Assembly (NCBI GenBank): GCA_052039245.1 | Contig: JBQGDU010000105.1 | Span: forward strand, 1 to 39,470 | Length of the DNA: 39,470 nt | Direction: 5' to 3' | DNA from: Aeromicrobium sp. | GTDB taxonomy: Bacteria > Actinomycetota > Actinomycetes > Propionibacteriales > Nocardioidaceae | Shown here: piece after piece, positions 1 through 8,916 of the stretch | Layout: each line of letters begins with the position of its first letter | Numbering within the stretch: the first letter of the stretch is position 1 | Made by a program: the position numbers and the translations under genes | The notes under the pieces: model-generated | Database searches by the model: none | Seen by the model: the letters and a program-made list of their open reading frames with translations, nothing else | Told to the model about the DNA's origin: nothing

Positions 1-1326
1 CCCCAGCCAGTTCTGCCCCGACGCGTCCTCGGCGCACGCGTGGACGACGAGCCCCCACCCCCCCACCGACGCGCCTAGCATCGTGACCACCGAGACCCAG
101 TCGACGGCACCGTAGCGTCCGCCGGCGTCGAAGAGCGCCGCCTCGTCGTAGTCGCGTCGGCGCAGCGCGATGTCGGCGATCATGACGCCTGCCCAGGCAG
201 CGATCGGGACGCCGAGCGTGATGAGGAAGCTCTGGAAGGGCGAGAGGAAGGAGGTGGAGAAGAAGACGACGTAGATCGTGCCGACCGTCAGGATCAGCCC
301 GTCGATGCCCGCTGCGGCAGGGCGGGGGATGCGGACGCCGAGGCTCAGCAGGGTCAGGCCGGAGGAGTAGATGCCGAGCACGGCCCCGCTGACCAGGGCC
401 AGGACGGCGGCCAGCAGGAAGGGCACGAGGAACCACGTCGGCAGGACGGTGGCGAGGGTGCCGATGGGGTCGGCCTCGATGCCGGCCTGCAGCTCCGGCG
501 AGGACCCGGCGAGCAGGATGCCGTACACCACGAGCACCACCGGGGCGAGCGCACCGCCGACGGTGTTCCACGCGACGATCCGCGCACCGGAGACCTCACG
601 TGACTGATAGCGCGACCAGTCGGCCGCGATGTTGATCCAGCCGAACCCGAAGCCCGTCATCACCATGACGAACGCGCCGACGACGGCCTGTCCGGAGCCG
701 TTCGGCATCGCCGCGACGACGTCGAGGTCCACCTGGTCGATCGTCAGCAGGACGTAGCCGATGGTGGCGGCACCGGTGAGCCAGGTCAGGACGGACTGCA
801 GGCGCATGATCAGGTGGTAGCCGGCGACCGAGGCGGCCACGATCAGCGCAGCGATGACCGCACAGGCGACGACCTTGGTGACGGTGCCGCCTCCCCAGCC
901 GAGCTCGCGCAGGACGGTGGCGGTGGCGAGGGTCGCCATGATGGCCAGGAACGTCTCCCAGCCCATCGAGATGAGCCAGGAGAAGACCCCCGGCACCTTC
1001 TGCCCCGCGACGCCGAACGGCGCACGACTCAGGACCATCGTCGGGGCGGAGCCACGCTTCCCGGCGATCGCCACCAGGCCACAGGCCACGAACGAGACGA
1101 CGATGCCGCTCACCGCCACCACCGTGGCCTGCCACAACGACAGCCCGAAGCCCAGCACGAAGCTGCCGTAGGAGATACCGAACACGGACACGTTGGCCGC
1201 GAACCACGGCCAGAAGAGATCCGCCGGACGCGCCGTCCGCTCGGTCTCGGCGATGATCTCGATGCCGGTGGTCTCGATCCCGGCCCGGCGCACGGCCTCC
1301 AGCGAACGAGGGTCCTCGATGCCCAT
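1..1326 (-). CDS. Purine-cytosine permease (NCS1 family), 3' end runs off the window
   Basis: Missing from the ORF track because it has no stop in the window. Manual translation from ATG 1326 gives MGIEDPRSLEAVRRAGIETTGIEIIAETERTARPADLFWPWFAANVSVFGISYGSFVLGFGLSLWQA, followed by many hydrophobic helices. WFAAN is an NCS1 motif. Confidence 0.85.
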   Translation of the reverse strand, partial: MGIEDPRSLEAVRRAGIETTGIEIIAETERTARPADLFWPWFAANVSVFGISYGSFVLGFGLSLWQATVVAVSGIVVSFVACGLVAIAGKRGSAPTMVLSRAPFGVAGQKVPGVFSWLISMGWETFLAIMATLATATVLRELGWGGGTVTKVVACAVIAALIVAASVAGYHLIMRLQSVLTWLTGAATIGYVLLTIDQVDLDVVAAMPNGSGQAVVGAFVMVMTGFGFGWINIAADWSRYQSREVSGARIVAWNTVGGALAPVVLVVYGILLAGSSPELQAGIEADPIGTLATVLPTWFLVPFLLAAVLALVSGAVLGIYSSGLTLLSLGVRIPRPAAAGIDGLILTVGTIYVVFFSTSFLSPFQSFLITLGVPIAAWAGVMIADIALRRRDYDEAALFDAGGRYGAVDWVSVVTMLGASVGGWGLVVHACAEDASGQNWLG

Positions 1327-1435
1327 GGGCCGAGCCTAGACCGAGCCGCCCCCGAGCGGCACGGGCTACCACGGTTTCCCCGGACTCCCCGGCGCTCGTC
1401 TCCCGTGGTGGGTGGGCCAGAACCGTGGTGGGCAC

Positions 1436-1465
1436 CCTGATTCCCATCAATTGAGGGGAATCAGG
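1436..1465. repeat. Near-perfect 30-bp palindrome CCTGATTCCCATCAATTGAGGGGAATCAGG (terminator or operator/REP-like)
   Basis: Perfect 10-bp outer arms with a TCAATTGA core, about 36 bp downstream of the DUF5926 stop. Confidence 0.6.
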
Positions 1466-1501
1466 AGGCCTGTGGTGTCGAGGGCGTGGTCGGGGCGAGC
1501 G

Positions 1502-2344
1502 TCAGCGGATGGTGACCTGCCGGCTCGCCAGGCCGTTGCGCACGCTGCGTTCCTCGCTCGTCAGGTCCGACGTGTCGGCGAGCGCCTCGTGCAGACGCTT
1601 GCTGAGCGCAGCGACCGGCTCCTCCAGGGGCGCGGCGCCGTCGGCGACGACGTCGGGCTCCATCTCCCACACCGGGACCAGCAGGCCGTGCGCACGGAAC
1701 ATGCCGATGAGCCGGGTGCCGTCGCCCACGCGGTCGGCGTCGGCGGCGTGCAGCCGCGCGAAGGCGTCCAGCACCGTCGACTCGTCCTCGGTGACCACCC
1801 AGCGCAGGTAGCGGCGATCCCCCATGCGGGTCCAGTACGCCGCGTCCACCGACGAGAGCCGTTCCGTGGGCGAGACGGACTCGTTGGCCGCGGACAGGGC
1901 GTCCGAGCCCTCGGCCTCGGTCCCCTCGACCCAGAAGTCGAACCCCTCGTGCACCTCGACGTCGAACGAGGACGCCGAGTCGACGATGTCCTGCAGGCGC
2001 GGACCCACTCCGGGGTCGGTGACCGGCACCGGGTTGCCCGGCTCGACGTCGCGCGCCGTCTCGACGACGTGGGCGAGGTCGCGGCTCACGTCGCCGAAGT
2101 TGTGCTGCACCTGCAGCCCGAGCCAGATGTCACCGTCCGGGCGTCTGATGCCGGCGCCGTTGCCGGGCAGCAGCGAGCAGACCCGGACGGTGCCGCCGTC
2201 GGCCAAGGTGACGTCGGCCGTGCCGGACGGGACGAACTCGCGCAGAGCGATCCAGTCACCCTCGGCCGGCAGCCCCTCGAACGTGCGTGCCACGTACGGC
2301 ATCCGCTGCTTCTTCTGACCCTTGCGTCGCGACTTCTTGCCCAC
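1502..2344 (-). CDS. DUF5926 family actinobacterial protein
   Basis: MGKKSR...VARTFEGLPAEGDWIALREFVP at the N-terminus and FRAHGLLVPVWE near the C-terminus; coding-like composition; TAGAGT -10 element upstream. Confidence 0.75.
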   Translation of the reverse strand: MGKKSRRKGQKKQRMPYVARTFEGLPAEGDWIALREFVPSGTADVTLADGGTVRVCSLLPGNGAGIRRPDGDIWLGLQVQHNFGDVSRDLAHVVETARDVEPGNPVPVTDPGVGPRLQDIVDSASSFDVEVHEGFDFWVEGTEAEGSDALSAANESVSPTERLSSVDAAYWTRMGDRRYLRWVVTEDESTVLDAFARLHAADADRVGDGTRLIGMFRAHGLLVPVWEMEPDVVADGAAPLEEPVAALSKRLHEALADTSDLTSEERSVRNGLASRQVTIR

Positions 2345-2396
2345 GGGCGGTCACTCTACGTGCGTCGGGCGCGGACGGCCGCGTCCCCCCGCGATC

Positions 2397-2428
2397 GAGG
2401 GTTCAGTGCTCGGAGGGTTCAGTGCTCG
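2397..2428. repeat. Exact 16-bp tandem duplication GAGGGTTCAGTGCTCG x2
   Basis: Units at 2397-2412 and 2413-2428; the unit contains the stop codon of the ATP-binding protein gene. Confidence 0.9.
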
Positions 2429-2856
2429 GAGAGCTCGAGCTCGGCGTTGACCCGAGTGCCCTGGCTCATGTCCACCCACCAGCGGTCCGCGACGCGACTG
2501 ATGATCGAGAGTCCACGACCGGACAGCGAGTCCTCGTCGAAGTCGATCGGCTCGATCGACGCGCCCTCGCCGGCGTCGTGGACGCTCAGCTCCAGGAGGT
2601 GCCGCGAGGTGTCGAGGCTCCAGGTGATCTCGATGCTCTCGTCGGAGTCCGGCTCACCATGGGAGATGGCGTTGGCGATCATCTCGCTGAGCACGATGAG
2701 CGCGTCGTCGATGACGGACGCCTCGGCTCGGTGGATGGTGAGGAAGGCCGCCAGCTTGGTGCGCGCGATGCTCGGCGTCGAGGCGTGGAACGGCAGGCGC
2801 ACCCGAGCGCGCGTCGCCGTGGCGACGCCGTTCGTGGGCTCTGCATTGTGGGGCAC
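2419..2856 (-). CDS. ATP-binding protein, RsbW-like anti-sigma factor (HATPase_c_2)
   Basis: N-box LIVLSEMIANAISHG, G1 VHDAG, G2 SGRGLSII and RVADRWWV. Start placed at GTG 2856 because TATTTT lies 6 nt upstream; ATG 2886 is the alternative. Confidence 0.85.
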   Translation of the reverse strand: MPHNAEPTNGVATATRARVRLPFHASTPSIARTKLAAFLTIHRAEASVIDDALIVLSEMIANAISHGEPDSDESIEITWSLDTSRHLLELSVHDAGEGASIEPIDFDEDSLSGRGLSIISRVADRWWVDMSQGTRVNAELELSEH

Positions 2857-2947
2857 TAGTCCAAAATAACCATAGGAGGTGGTCATCTTCCACCCCTCGG
2901 GCACGTGAGATGGCTCCCGGGACCGGCGTCCTGCCAGAATCGAGCCC

Positions 2948-3256
2948 ATGGACATCGCCCAGACCACGGTCTCCGAGCTGCACGATCCACTGCCTGCCGA
3001 CCTCGTCGTCCTCGACGTCCGCGAGCCGCACGAGTGGGCCGCCGGGCACGTCGCGGACGCCGTCCACGTGCCCCTCGGGGACCTCCCCGGGCGGGTCGGC
3101 GAGCTGGACCCCCAGGCCCGCACGCTCGTCGTCTGCCACGTCGGAGGGCGGTCCGCCCGCGCCACCGCCTGGCTCGCCCAGCAGGGCCACGACGTCACGA
3201 ACCTCGCCGGCGGGATGGACGCCTGGGAGGCCGCCGGCCGCCCCACCGCCACCTGA
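2948..3256 (+). CDS. Single-domain rhodanese-like protein
   Basis: LDVREPHEWAAGHV, active-site loop CHVGGRS, NLAGGMDAW. Confidence 0.92.
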   Translation: MDIAQTTVSELHDPLPADLVVLDVREPHEWAAGHVADAVHVPLGDLPGRVGELDPQARTLVVCHVGGRSARATAWLAQQGHDVTNLAGGMDAWEAAGRPTAT

Positions 3257-3263
3257 CCGCTCA

Positions 3264-3326
3264 CCAGATATGGGTGTCCCTGCACCAAAACCGCCTTGGT
3301 TCGGGTGCAGGGGCACACACATCTGG
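3264..3326. repeat. 63-bp imperfect long inverted repeat (REP/MITE-like hairpin)
   Basis: CCAGATATGGGTGTCCCTGCACC pairs with GGTGCAGGGGCACACACATCTGG with 3 mismatches; inner AACC/GGTT. Confidence 0.7.
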
Positions 3327-3352
3327 GCGTCAGGCCGCCCGAGAACAGCCGA

Positions 3353-3380
3353 CGGCCCCGGACCTGGTGGTCCGGGGCCG
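3353..3380. terminator. Hairpin terminator between the convergent rhodanese and HU genes
   Basis: CGGCCCCGGACC-tggt-GGTCCGGGGCCG, a perfect 12-bp stem 24 bp after the HU stop. Confidence 0.75.
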
Positions 3381-3404
3381 TTCGACGTTCTGGGGACTGC
3401 TGCC

Positions 3405-3683
3405 TTACTTGGCGGCAGCCTTCAGCTTCGAGCCGGCGCTGACCTTCACGCCGTAACCGGCCGGGATCTCGATGGTCTCGCCGGTGGCGGGGTTGCGGCC
3501 CGTACGGGCGGCGCGCTCGACGCGCTCGACCGACAGGATGCCGGGGATCGAGACCTTCTCGCCCTTGCTGACGGCGTCGAGCAGGGTGTCGGCCAGGGCC
3601 GAGAGCACCGAGTCGGCGTCGGTCTTGCTGGTGCCGGCCTTCTCGGAGAGGGCCGACACGAGGTCGCTGCGGGAGATAGCCAC
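3405..3683 (-). CDS. hup: HU family DNA-binding protein
   Basis: ERAARTGRNPATGETIEIPA signature; AAGGAG SD upstream of GTG 3683; 92 aa. Confidence 0.95.
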   Translation of the reverse strand: MAISRSDLVSALSEKAGTSKTDADSVLSALADTLLDAVSKGEKVSIPGILSVERVERAARTGRNPATGETIEIPAGYGVKVSAGSKLKAAAK

Positions 3684-3776
3684 GGGGACTCCTTGATCTT
3701 CTGGATGTTTTCCGCTCGTCAGTCTAGGCACAATTCGTTGGAATTCCACGGCACCCCGGCCCTCGGGCGTGGCTCG

Positions 3777-4430
3777 TCACCGCCAGATCGAGGGCAGGGG
3801 GGCCGCCGTGACCGTCGGGAGCGCACGCAGGTAGCGTGGCCGCCCCCACTCCTGCACCCCCAGCGAGGCCAGATGCGGGGTGCGCCACTGGACGTCCACG
3901 AGCGCCTCGTCGTCGAGCAGGTCCATGAGGGCGACCAGCGCCACCTTGGACGCATCCCTCGCGTGGTGGAACATCGACTCCCCTGCGAACAGCCCGCCGA
4001 CGGCCAGGCCGTAGAGCCCACCGACGAGCCGACCCTCGGCGTCACGGGTCTCCACCGAGTGGGCCCAGCCGAGCTCGTGCAGGCGCCCGTAGGCCTCGCT
4101 GATGGGCCGCGTGATCCACGCCCCCGGCCGACCGGGGTCGGCGCATGCGGCCACCACCTCCTCGAACGACTCGTCGACCGTCGTCGTGAAGCCCCGCAAC
4201 GAGCGGCGCAACGACCGGCTCACGTGCAGCGAGCCGCGCGTCAGCACACCGCGGCGCATCGGCGACCACCAGAGCAGGGAACCGCCGTGCGGCATCGGGA
4301 AGGCTCCCTGCCGGTAGGCCTCGACGATGGTCTCCGGCTCCAGGTCGGCTCCGGCGGCGACGCAGTCGTCGTCCGGCCACTGCGCCGGGTCGAAGTCCCA
4401 GCGCGATGGCCCCAGGGGCGCCGGCCTCAC
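3777..4430 (-). CDS. aat: Leucyl/phenylalanyl-tRNA--protein transferase
   Basis: AYRQGAFPM, WWSP, LHELGWAHSVE, LVGGLYG, FAGESMFH, DASKVAL, DVQWRTPHLASLG. Confidence 0.95.
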   Translation of the reverse strand: MRPAPLGPSRWDFDPAQWPDDDCVAAGADLEPETIVEAYRQGAFPMPHGGSLLWWSPMRRGVLTRGSLHVSRSLRRSLRGFTTTVDESFEEVVAACADPGRPGAWITRPISEAYGRLHELGWAHSVETRDAEGRLVGGLYGLAVGGLFAGESMFHHARDASKVALVALMDLLDDEALVDVQWRTPHLASLGVQEWGRPRYLRALPTVTAAPLPSIWR

Positions 4431-4446
4431 CGGACGGGCTCGCGGT

Positions 4447-5406
4447 TCATGCTTCCAGGATCCTCAGCAGGTGGTGCCGAGGTGCGTCGCCCCACTCGCG
4501 CCACTCCTCGTCGGTCGCGTGCTGCAGGCACGACCACCACGTGCCGGCTCGGTTGACGGCGTGCGTGTAGACCGCCGCGGCGAACAGCGCACGCATGTCC
4601 CTCGACCCGACGACGTCGCACCACTCCTGCGCGTAGGCACCCAGCACGTCGTCCCAGCGAACGTCGGCATCGGAGGCGATCACGCCGTACGGCACGTTCA
4701 ACACCTCCACGGCGTGGGCCCACTGGGCGTCGCCGAAGTCGAGCAGCCGTCCGTCGGTGAACGCGTTCCAGGGATGGACATCGCCGTGCTGGAACGTCAC
4801 CGGCACCCGCGACCCCGCCAGCCGCTCGGCAGCGCCCACCACGTCGTCGCGCCGTGCCGCCAGGGCAGCACGCTGTGGTTCCCCGAGGTACGACGGATGA
4901 TCGGCGGGTACGTCCGACAGCGCATCGAGAAGGCGGTCGAACCTCGCCGGGACGGTGCCGGGCGAGCAGTCCGGCAGTCCCGTGGCGAGCAGCCGCGCGC
5001 CCTCGTCGGCCACGGCCTGCTGCACCTGGGCGACCGTCCTCAGCACGCCGGTCCAGTCCTCGGTGGTGGGCGGATGGTCGTCACCGAGCGTGGCACCGTG
5101 GTCGGCGGAGAGGATCCACCCGCGGTCCGCGTCCACCGCGAGCGGGACGGGGACGTCCCTCGGGGACAGCTCGGCGAGCAGCCGGTGCAGCCCCGCCTCG
5201 AAGCGCATGGTCGGGCACGTGGCCTTGAACCAGACCGGCCCGCGGTCGGTGGGCGTCAGCAGCAGCGTCGACCACGGCCGGACGCGACGCTGCTCGACGG
5301 GGCCGGTGAGGCGCAGGCCGGCTTCATCGCAGCGCGCATGCACCCAGGAGCGTGCATCGTCGAGCCAGCGCCGAGACGTCACCGTCTGCGAGAACGCGGG
5401 ACCCAT
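4447..5406 (-). CDS. Aminoglycoside phosphotransferase/choline kinase-like protein
   Basis: VWFKA, Brenner motif HGDVHPWN and LLDFGD. Start at ATG 5406, with TACGCT 6 nt upstream. Confidence 0.8.
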   Translation of the reverse strand: MGPAFSQTVTSRRWLDDARSWVHARCDEAGLRLTGPVEQRRVRPWSTLLLTPTDRGPVWFKATCPTMRFEAGLHRLLAELSPRDVPVPLAVDADRGWILSADHGATLGDDHPPTTEDWTGVLRTVAQVQQAVADEGARLLATGLPDCSPGTVPARFDRLLDALSDVPADHPSYLGEPQRAALAARRDDVVGAAERLAGSRVPVTFQHGDVHPWNAFTDGRLLDFGDAQWAHAVEVLNVPYGVIASDADVRWDDVLGAYAQEWCDVVGSRDMRALFAAAVYTHAVNRAGTWWSCLQHATDEEWREWGDAPRHHLLRILEA

Positions 5407-5471
5407 GGGCAGAGCGTAGGGGTCCCGGTCGTTCGAGCGGTGGATTCGTGCGTGAAACCTAGGATGAGCCC

Positions 5472-6152
5472 ATGGGCATCGGTAGCAAGGCAGCGGCTCG
5501 CGCCGGTACGGCGGCGGCCCCGTCGATGGCGTCCGGGTTCGTCCGAAGGGTGCTGGACCAGGCCATCGACGGCATCGGTCCACTCCCCTCCGCGGGGACG
5601 TCGGCGGACCGCCGTCGGGTGGACGCCGACGGCGACGTGGAGGCGGCCATCGCCTCCCTCGTCAAGCGGCACGTCGCGCTCGCGGGCGCCCAGGGGTTCG
5701 TCACCAACCTCGGCGGCATCGCCTCGGCTGCTGCTGCCATCCCCGCCAACGTCGTCGGCGTGACCCTCGTGCAGTGCCACCTCGTGGCGGGCATCGCCCA
5801 CCTGCGCGGTTGGGACCTCGACGACCCCCGCGTGCGGAACGCGATCCTCGCCTGCATGCTCGGCGAGGACGCCGTCAAGGACCTGCTCAAGCGACGTTCG
5901 CTGCCGTCGTCGCCGATGGCGCTCGCGACGTCACCGGTGCACGACCCAGCCCTGGACCAGCTCATCTCCCGCGAGGTCACCAGCGAGCTCATCGCTCGCA
6001 CGGCGGGCAAGCGCGCCGTCACGCTGGTGAGCCGACGCATCCCCTTCATCGGCGGTGCCGTCGGCGGTGGATCGGACGGCTGGGCGACGTGGCAGATCGG
6101 CCAGTACGCCTCGGCCGAGCTCAAGGACCGCAACGTCCGCGACTCCGCCTGA
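5472..6152 (+). CDS. EcsC family protein
   Basis: HVALAGAQGFVTNLGG, VAGIAHLRGWDLDDPRVRNAILACMLG, RRIPFIGGAVGG; TAGGAT -10 element 6 nt upstream. Confidence 0.75.
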   Translation: MGIGSKAAARAGTAAAPSMASGFVRRVLDQAIDGIGPLPSAGTSADRRRVDADGDVEAAIASLVKRHVALAGAQGFVTNLGGIASAAAAIPANVVGVTLVQCHLVAGIAHLRGWDLDDPRVRNAILACMLGEDAVKDLLKRRSLPSSPMALATSPVHDPALDQLISREVTSELIARTAGKRAVTLVSRRIPFIGGAVGGGSDGWATWQIGQYASAELKDRNVRDSA

Positions 6153-6212
6153 AGGCCCCTGCAGGTCGAGGCGCCGCCGACGGTCTGCCGCCGCAACGCC
6201 TCACCACGGACC

Positions 6213-7022
6213 TCACGTCGCGGAGAGCCGCCGCTCGACGCGCCGCATCACGTCGGCCTGGGCGCGGTTGAGGCGGGCGTCGGAGGCGACGTCCGGCAGG
6301 AGGCCGGCCGGCGTCTCGAGCAGGCGTAGGCCCACGGCCGACTGCCCGAACCACTAGAGCCACCGTCCCATCGCCTCGGCGAGCTCCTCGGCGACGCTCG
6401 CGACCTCGGCCGCGCCCGCCTCGGGCGCGCGCGCCGAGAGCCGGGCCTCCGCTGTCACGAGGCGTTCGTCGTCCGCGCCACGGGCGCTCCCCTCCCGCAA
6501 CCGGTCCAGCAGCTCACGACGCTCGTCGTCGTCGCGGGCCGCCTGCGTCAGCACGACGAGGGCGTCGAGGTCGAGGACGTCGAGACCCTGCCGCTGCGCC
6601 GCGGGTCCGCCATCTCCTCGCCCCTCCTGCGGACGGGCCCCGCTGCGCCGCATGAAGGCGATCAGGTCCACGACACCCGGCGGGAGGTCGGGCCGCACGC
6701 CGTCGGCGCGCAGGTCCGCGATGCGTCGACGCAGGGCCTGCAGCCGCTCCACGGTCTCGGCCAGCTCGGCGTCGAGCTCGTCCAGCACGTCCGTCGTGGC
6801 GTCGTCGTCGGGGTCGTCGAGCAGCGTCGGCATCCGGTCGAGACCGATGCCGAGCTCGGCGAGCCGTCGGATCCGCAGCAGCCGCGCGACGGAGGCCAGG
6901 TCGTAGCTGCGATAGCCGTTGGACTCCCGCCGGGGCTCGGGCAGGATGCCGATCTGGTGGTAGTGCCGCAACGTCCGCACGGACACTCCGGCGAGCTGGG
7001 CGAGCTCCTTGCTGCGCATCAC
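6213..7022 (-). pseudogene. MerR family transcriptional regulator with an in-frame TAG at 6354-6356 (truncated product 6354..7022)
   Basis: MerR HTH ELAQLAGVSVRTLRHYHQIGILPEPRRESNGYRSY. The frame continues past the TAG for 46 sense codons (WFGQ...LNRAQADVMRRVERRLSAT) to TGA at 6213-6215. Confidence 0.7.
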
Positions 7023-7029
7023 GGCCTCC

Positions 7030-8235
7030 TCAGGCGGGCTGGAGCCGACGCAGCGGCGGGACGACGAGCGCCACGCCGACCGCGACGAGCCAGGTCACGG
7101 CCACGACGACTCCCGCCGTCGTGATCGAGGTGTGCTCGACCATCATCGCCGATCCGAAGACTCCGATGGCCGGAGCGCCGGTCATGGCGGCGTTCTGGGT
7201 GCCCATCACCCGCCCACGGATCGCGTCCGGGATGCTCTCGATCATCACGACGCCGAGCACGGCACTGAGCACCCCGCCGAAACCGCCCAGGAGCACCGCG
7301 CCGGTGAGGATCCAGGCCGTGGCCGGCAACGCGGCGACGAGGCCGACGGCACCGACCGAGCCGACCAGCGACACGGCGAACCAGAGTCGTCGTGACCCGC
7401 GGCCGGAGAGCAGCGCGTAGGCACCCGACCCGACGAGCATGCCGGCGGCGAGCGCACTCAGGACGGGCCCCAGCATCCCCTCACGACCGAGGCTCGTGAA
7501 GTGCACCGGCAGGATCAGGCCCTGCAGCGCCGTCAGCACGATGACGAGCGCGAGGTTCAGGATCGTGACGGCCCGCACGAGCGGGCTCCTGCGGAACAGC
7601 CACGTCCACCCCTCACGCAGGTGGGCGATCGTCCCTCCGGCGGCGGCCCCGGTCGGCGGCGCGACGCGGCCCACGTCACGGGGGAGGAGGAGGGTCGTGA
7701 GCGCGGCGGCGAAGGCGAGACCGGCGGTGACCCAGAGAGCTCCGGCCCCCTCGAGCCGCACGACGAGGAAGGCGGCGATCGCCGGCCCGATGAGCATGGT
7801 CACGGCGCCGAGGCTCTCGCGCAGGCTGACGAGCCGCTCGTACGACAGGCCGCTGCGGCGCTGCACACCGGGCAGGAGGGTCTCGCGTGCTGTGAGACCG
7901 GGAACGTCGCCGAAGGATCCGATGACGCCGAACAGCACGAACCACCCGAGCGCCAGCCCGATGCTCGAGTCGATGAGCGGCAGCGCCGCGACGGCCGCGG
8001 TCGAGACGAGATCGGTGAGGATCGACATGCGTCGGCGGTCCAGGCGGTCGACGAGGCTGCCCATGAGCAGACCCGCCAGGACGGCCGGCACGGCCGTGGC
8101 TGCTGCCACGATGCCGGCGTCGAGGGCGCGGCCGGTGGTCTGCAGGACCACGAGCGGCAGCACGATCGCGGCCACGGAGTTGCCGAGGATGCTCAGCCCG
8201 TAGGAGGTGAAGTAGACGATGACGGAACGGTCCAT
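7030..8235 (-). CDS. MFS transporter (DHA3/macrolide-efflux-like)
   Basis: About 12 hydrophobic helices, motif A GSLVDRLDRRR, IPDAIRGRVMG; co-oriented with the MerR gene. Confidence 0.9.
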   Translation of the reverse strand: MDRSVIVYFTSYGLSILGNSVAAIVLPLVVLQTTGRALDAGIVAAATAVPAVLAGLLMGSLVDRLDRRRMSILTDLVSTAAVAALPLIDSSIGLALGWFVLFGVIGSFGDVPGLTARETLLPGVQRRSGLSYERLVSLRESLGAVTMLIGPAIAAFLVVRLEGAGALWVTAGLAFAAALTTLLLPRDVGRVAPPTGAAAGGTIAHLREGWTWLFRRSPLVRAVTILNLALVIVLTALQGLILPVHFTSLGREGMLGPVLSALAAGMLVGSGAYALLSGRGSRRLWFAVSLVGSVGAVGLVAALPATAWILTGAVLLGGFGGVLSAVLGVVMIESIPDAIRGRVMGTQNAAMTGAPAIGVFGSAMMVEHTSITTAGVVVAVTWLVAVGVALVVPPLRRLQPA

Positions 8236-8241
8236 GCGGCC

Positions 8242-8272
8242 ATGGAAAACTATGACGTCGCGTCGGACTCAA
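8242..8272 (-). promoter_or_regulatory. MerR-type promoter with a 19-bp spacer and dyad operator
   Basis: Minus strand reads TTGAGT-ccgacgcgacgtcatagtt (19 nt)-TTCCAT-6 nt-ATG; the dyad GACG-N3-CGTC lies in the spacer. Confidence 0.65.
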
Positions 8273-8287
8273 GCGCTCCAGCATCGC

Positions 8288-8851
8288 TCAGGAGCGCACG
8301 TGCATCCGTTCACCTTGAGGACCGAAGATGCCGAGCACCTCAGCGGGGTGAGGACCTGGATTGTTCACCCAGTGGGGGGTGCGGGTGTCGAACTCGACGA
8401 CCTCGCCGGGTTCCAGGAGCAGGTCGCGGGTGCCCACGACGAGTCGCAGCCGCCCGGACAGGACGTACATCCACTCATAGCCGTCGTGCGTCTGCGGCGT
8501 GACCGCGGCGTCCGGACGCGGGGGGATGATCATCTTGAACGCCTGGAGACCGCCCGGGCGACGGGTCAGCGGGACGTGGGTGGACCCGTGGCGCTTGATC
8601 GGCTTGGCCCGTACACGGGGATCACCGGTCTCCGGAGCGTCGACGAGCTCATCGAGCGCGACGCGGTGGGCGGCCGCGAGCGGGAGCAGCAGCTCCAGCG
8701 TCGGTTTGCGCTGGCCCGACTCCAGGCGCGAGAGCGTGCTGACCGAGATGCCGGTCTCCTGCGCGAGGTCGCCGAGGGTCGCGTCGCGCTCCAGGCGCAG
8801 CTGGCGCAGCCGCGGGCCCACGCCACGCAGCACGTCGTCGAGGTCGTCCAT
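8288..8851 (-). CDS. XRE family transcriptional regulator with cupin domain
   Basis: HTH LAQETGISVSTLSRLESGQRKPTLELL; cupin THDGYEWMYVLSGRL...FDTRTPHW. Confidence 0.93.
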   Translation of the reverse strand: MDDLDDVLRGVGPRLRQLRLERDATLGDLAQETGISVSTLSRLESGQRKPTLELLLPLAAAHRVALDELVDAPETGDPRVRAKPIKRHGSTHVPLTRRPGGLQAFKMIIPPRPDAAVTPQTHDGYEWMYVLSGRLRLVVGTRDLLLEPGEVVEFDTRTPHWVNNPGPHPAEVLGIFGPQGERMHVRS

Positions 8852-8860
8852 ACGCCCATC

Positions 8861-8896
8861 TTGCCATTACAGCAACGATGTTTGTCAACATGGCAG
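8861..8896. promoter_or_regulatory. Tandem TTGC-N7-GCAA-type operators between the divergent XRE and oxidoreductase genes
   Basis: TTGCCATTACAGCAA (8861-8875) and a degenerate TTGTCAACATGGCAG (8882-8896) in an AT-rich spacer. Confidence 0.55.
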
Positions 8897-8916
8897 AGAT
8901 GCCGGAGGCTGGTCAC

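Noticed and set aside
2910-4556. 548-aa plus-strand ORF, and similar long ORFs (1412-2869, 4327-5763, 17755-19209, 23438-25156, 31606-33729, 33617-35311)
   Set aside because: Shadow or antisense frames of recognisable genes, as expected in high-GC DNA; low-complexity R/P/G/A composition with no family motifs
4447-5406. Aminoglycoside resistance gene
   Set aside because: Only generic APH/choline-kinase fold motifs are visible, in a housekeeping context upstream of aat; no evidence for an antibiotic substrate
6354-6356. Pyrrolysine recoding of the amber codon
   Set aside because: No pyl genes or tRNA in the window and it is not expected in this lineage; a nonsense mutation or error is more parsimonious
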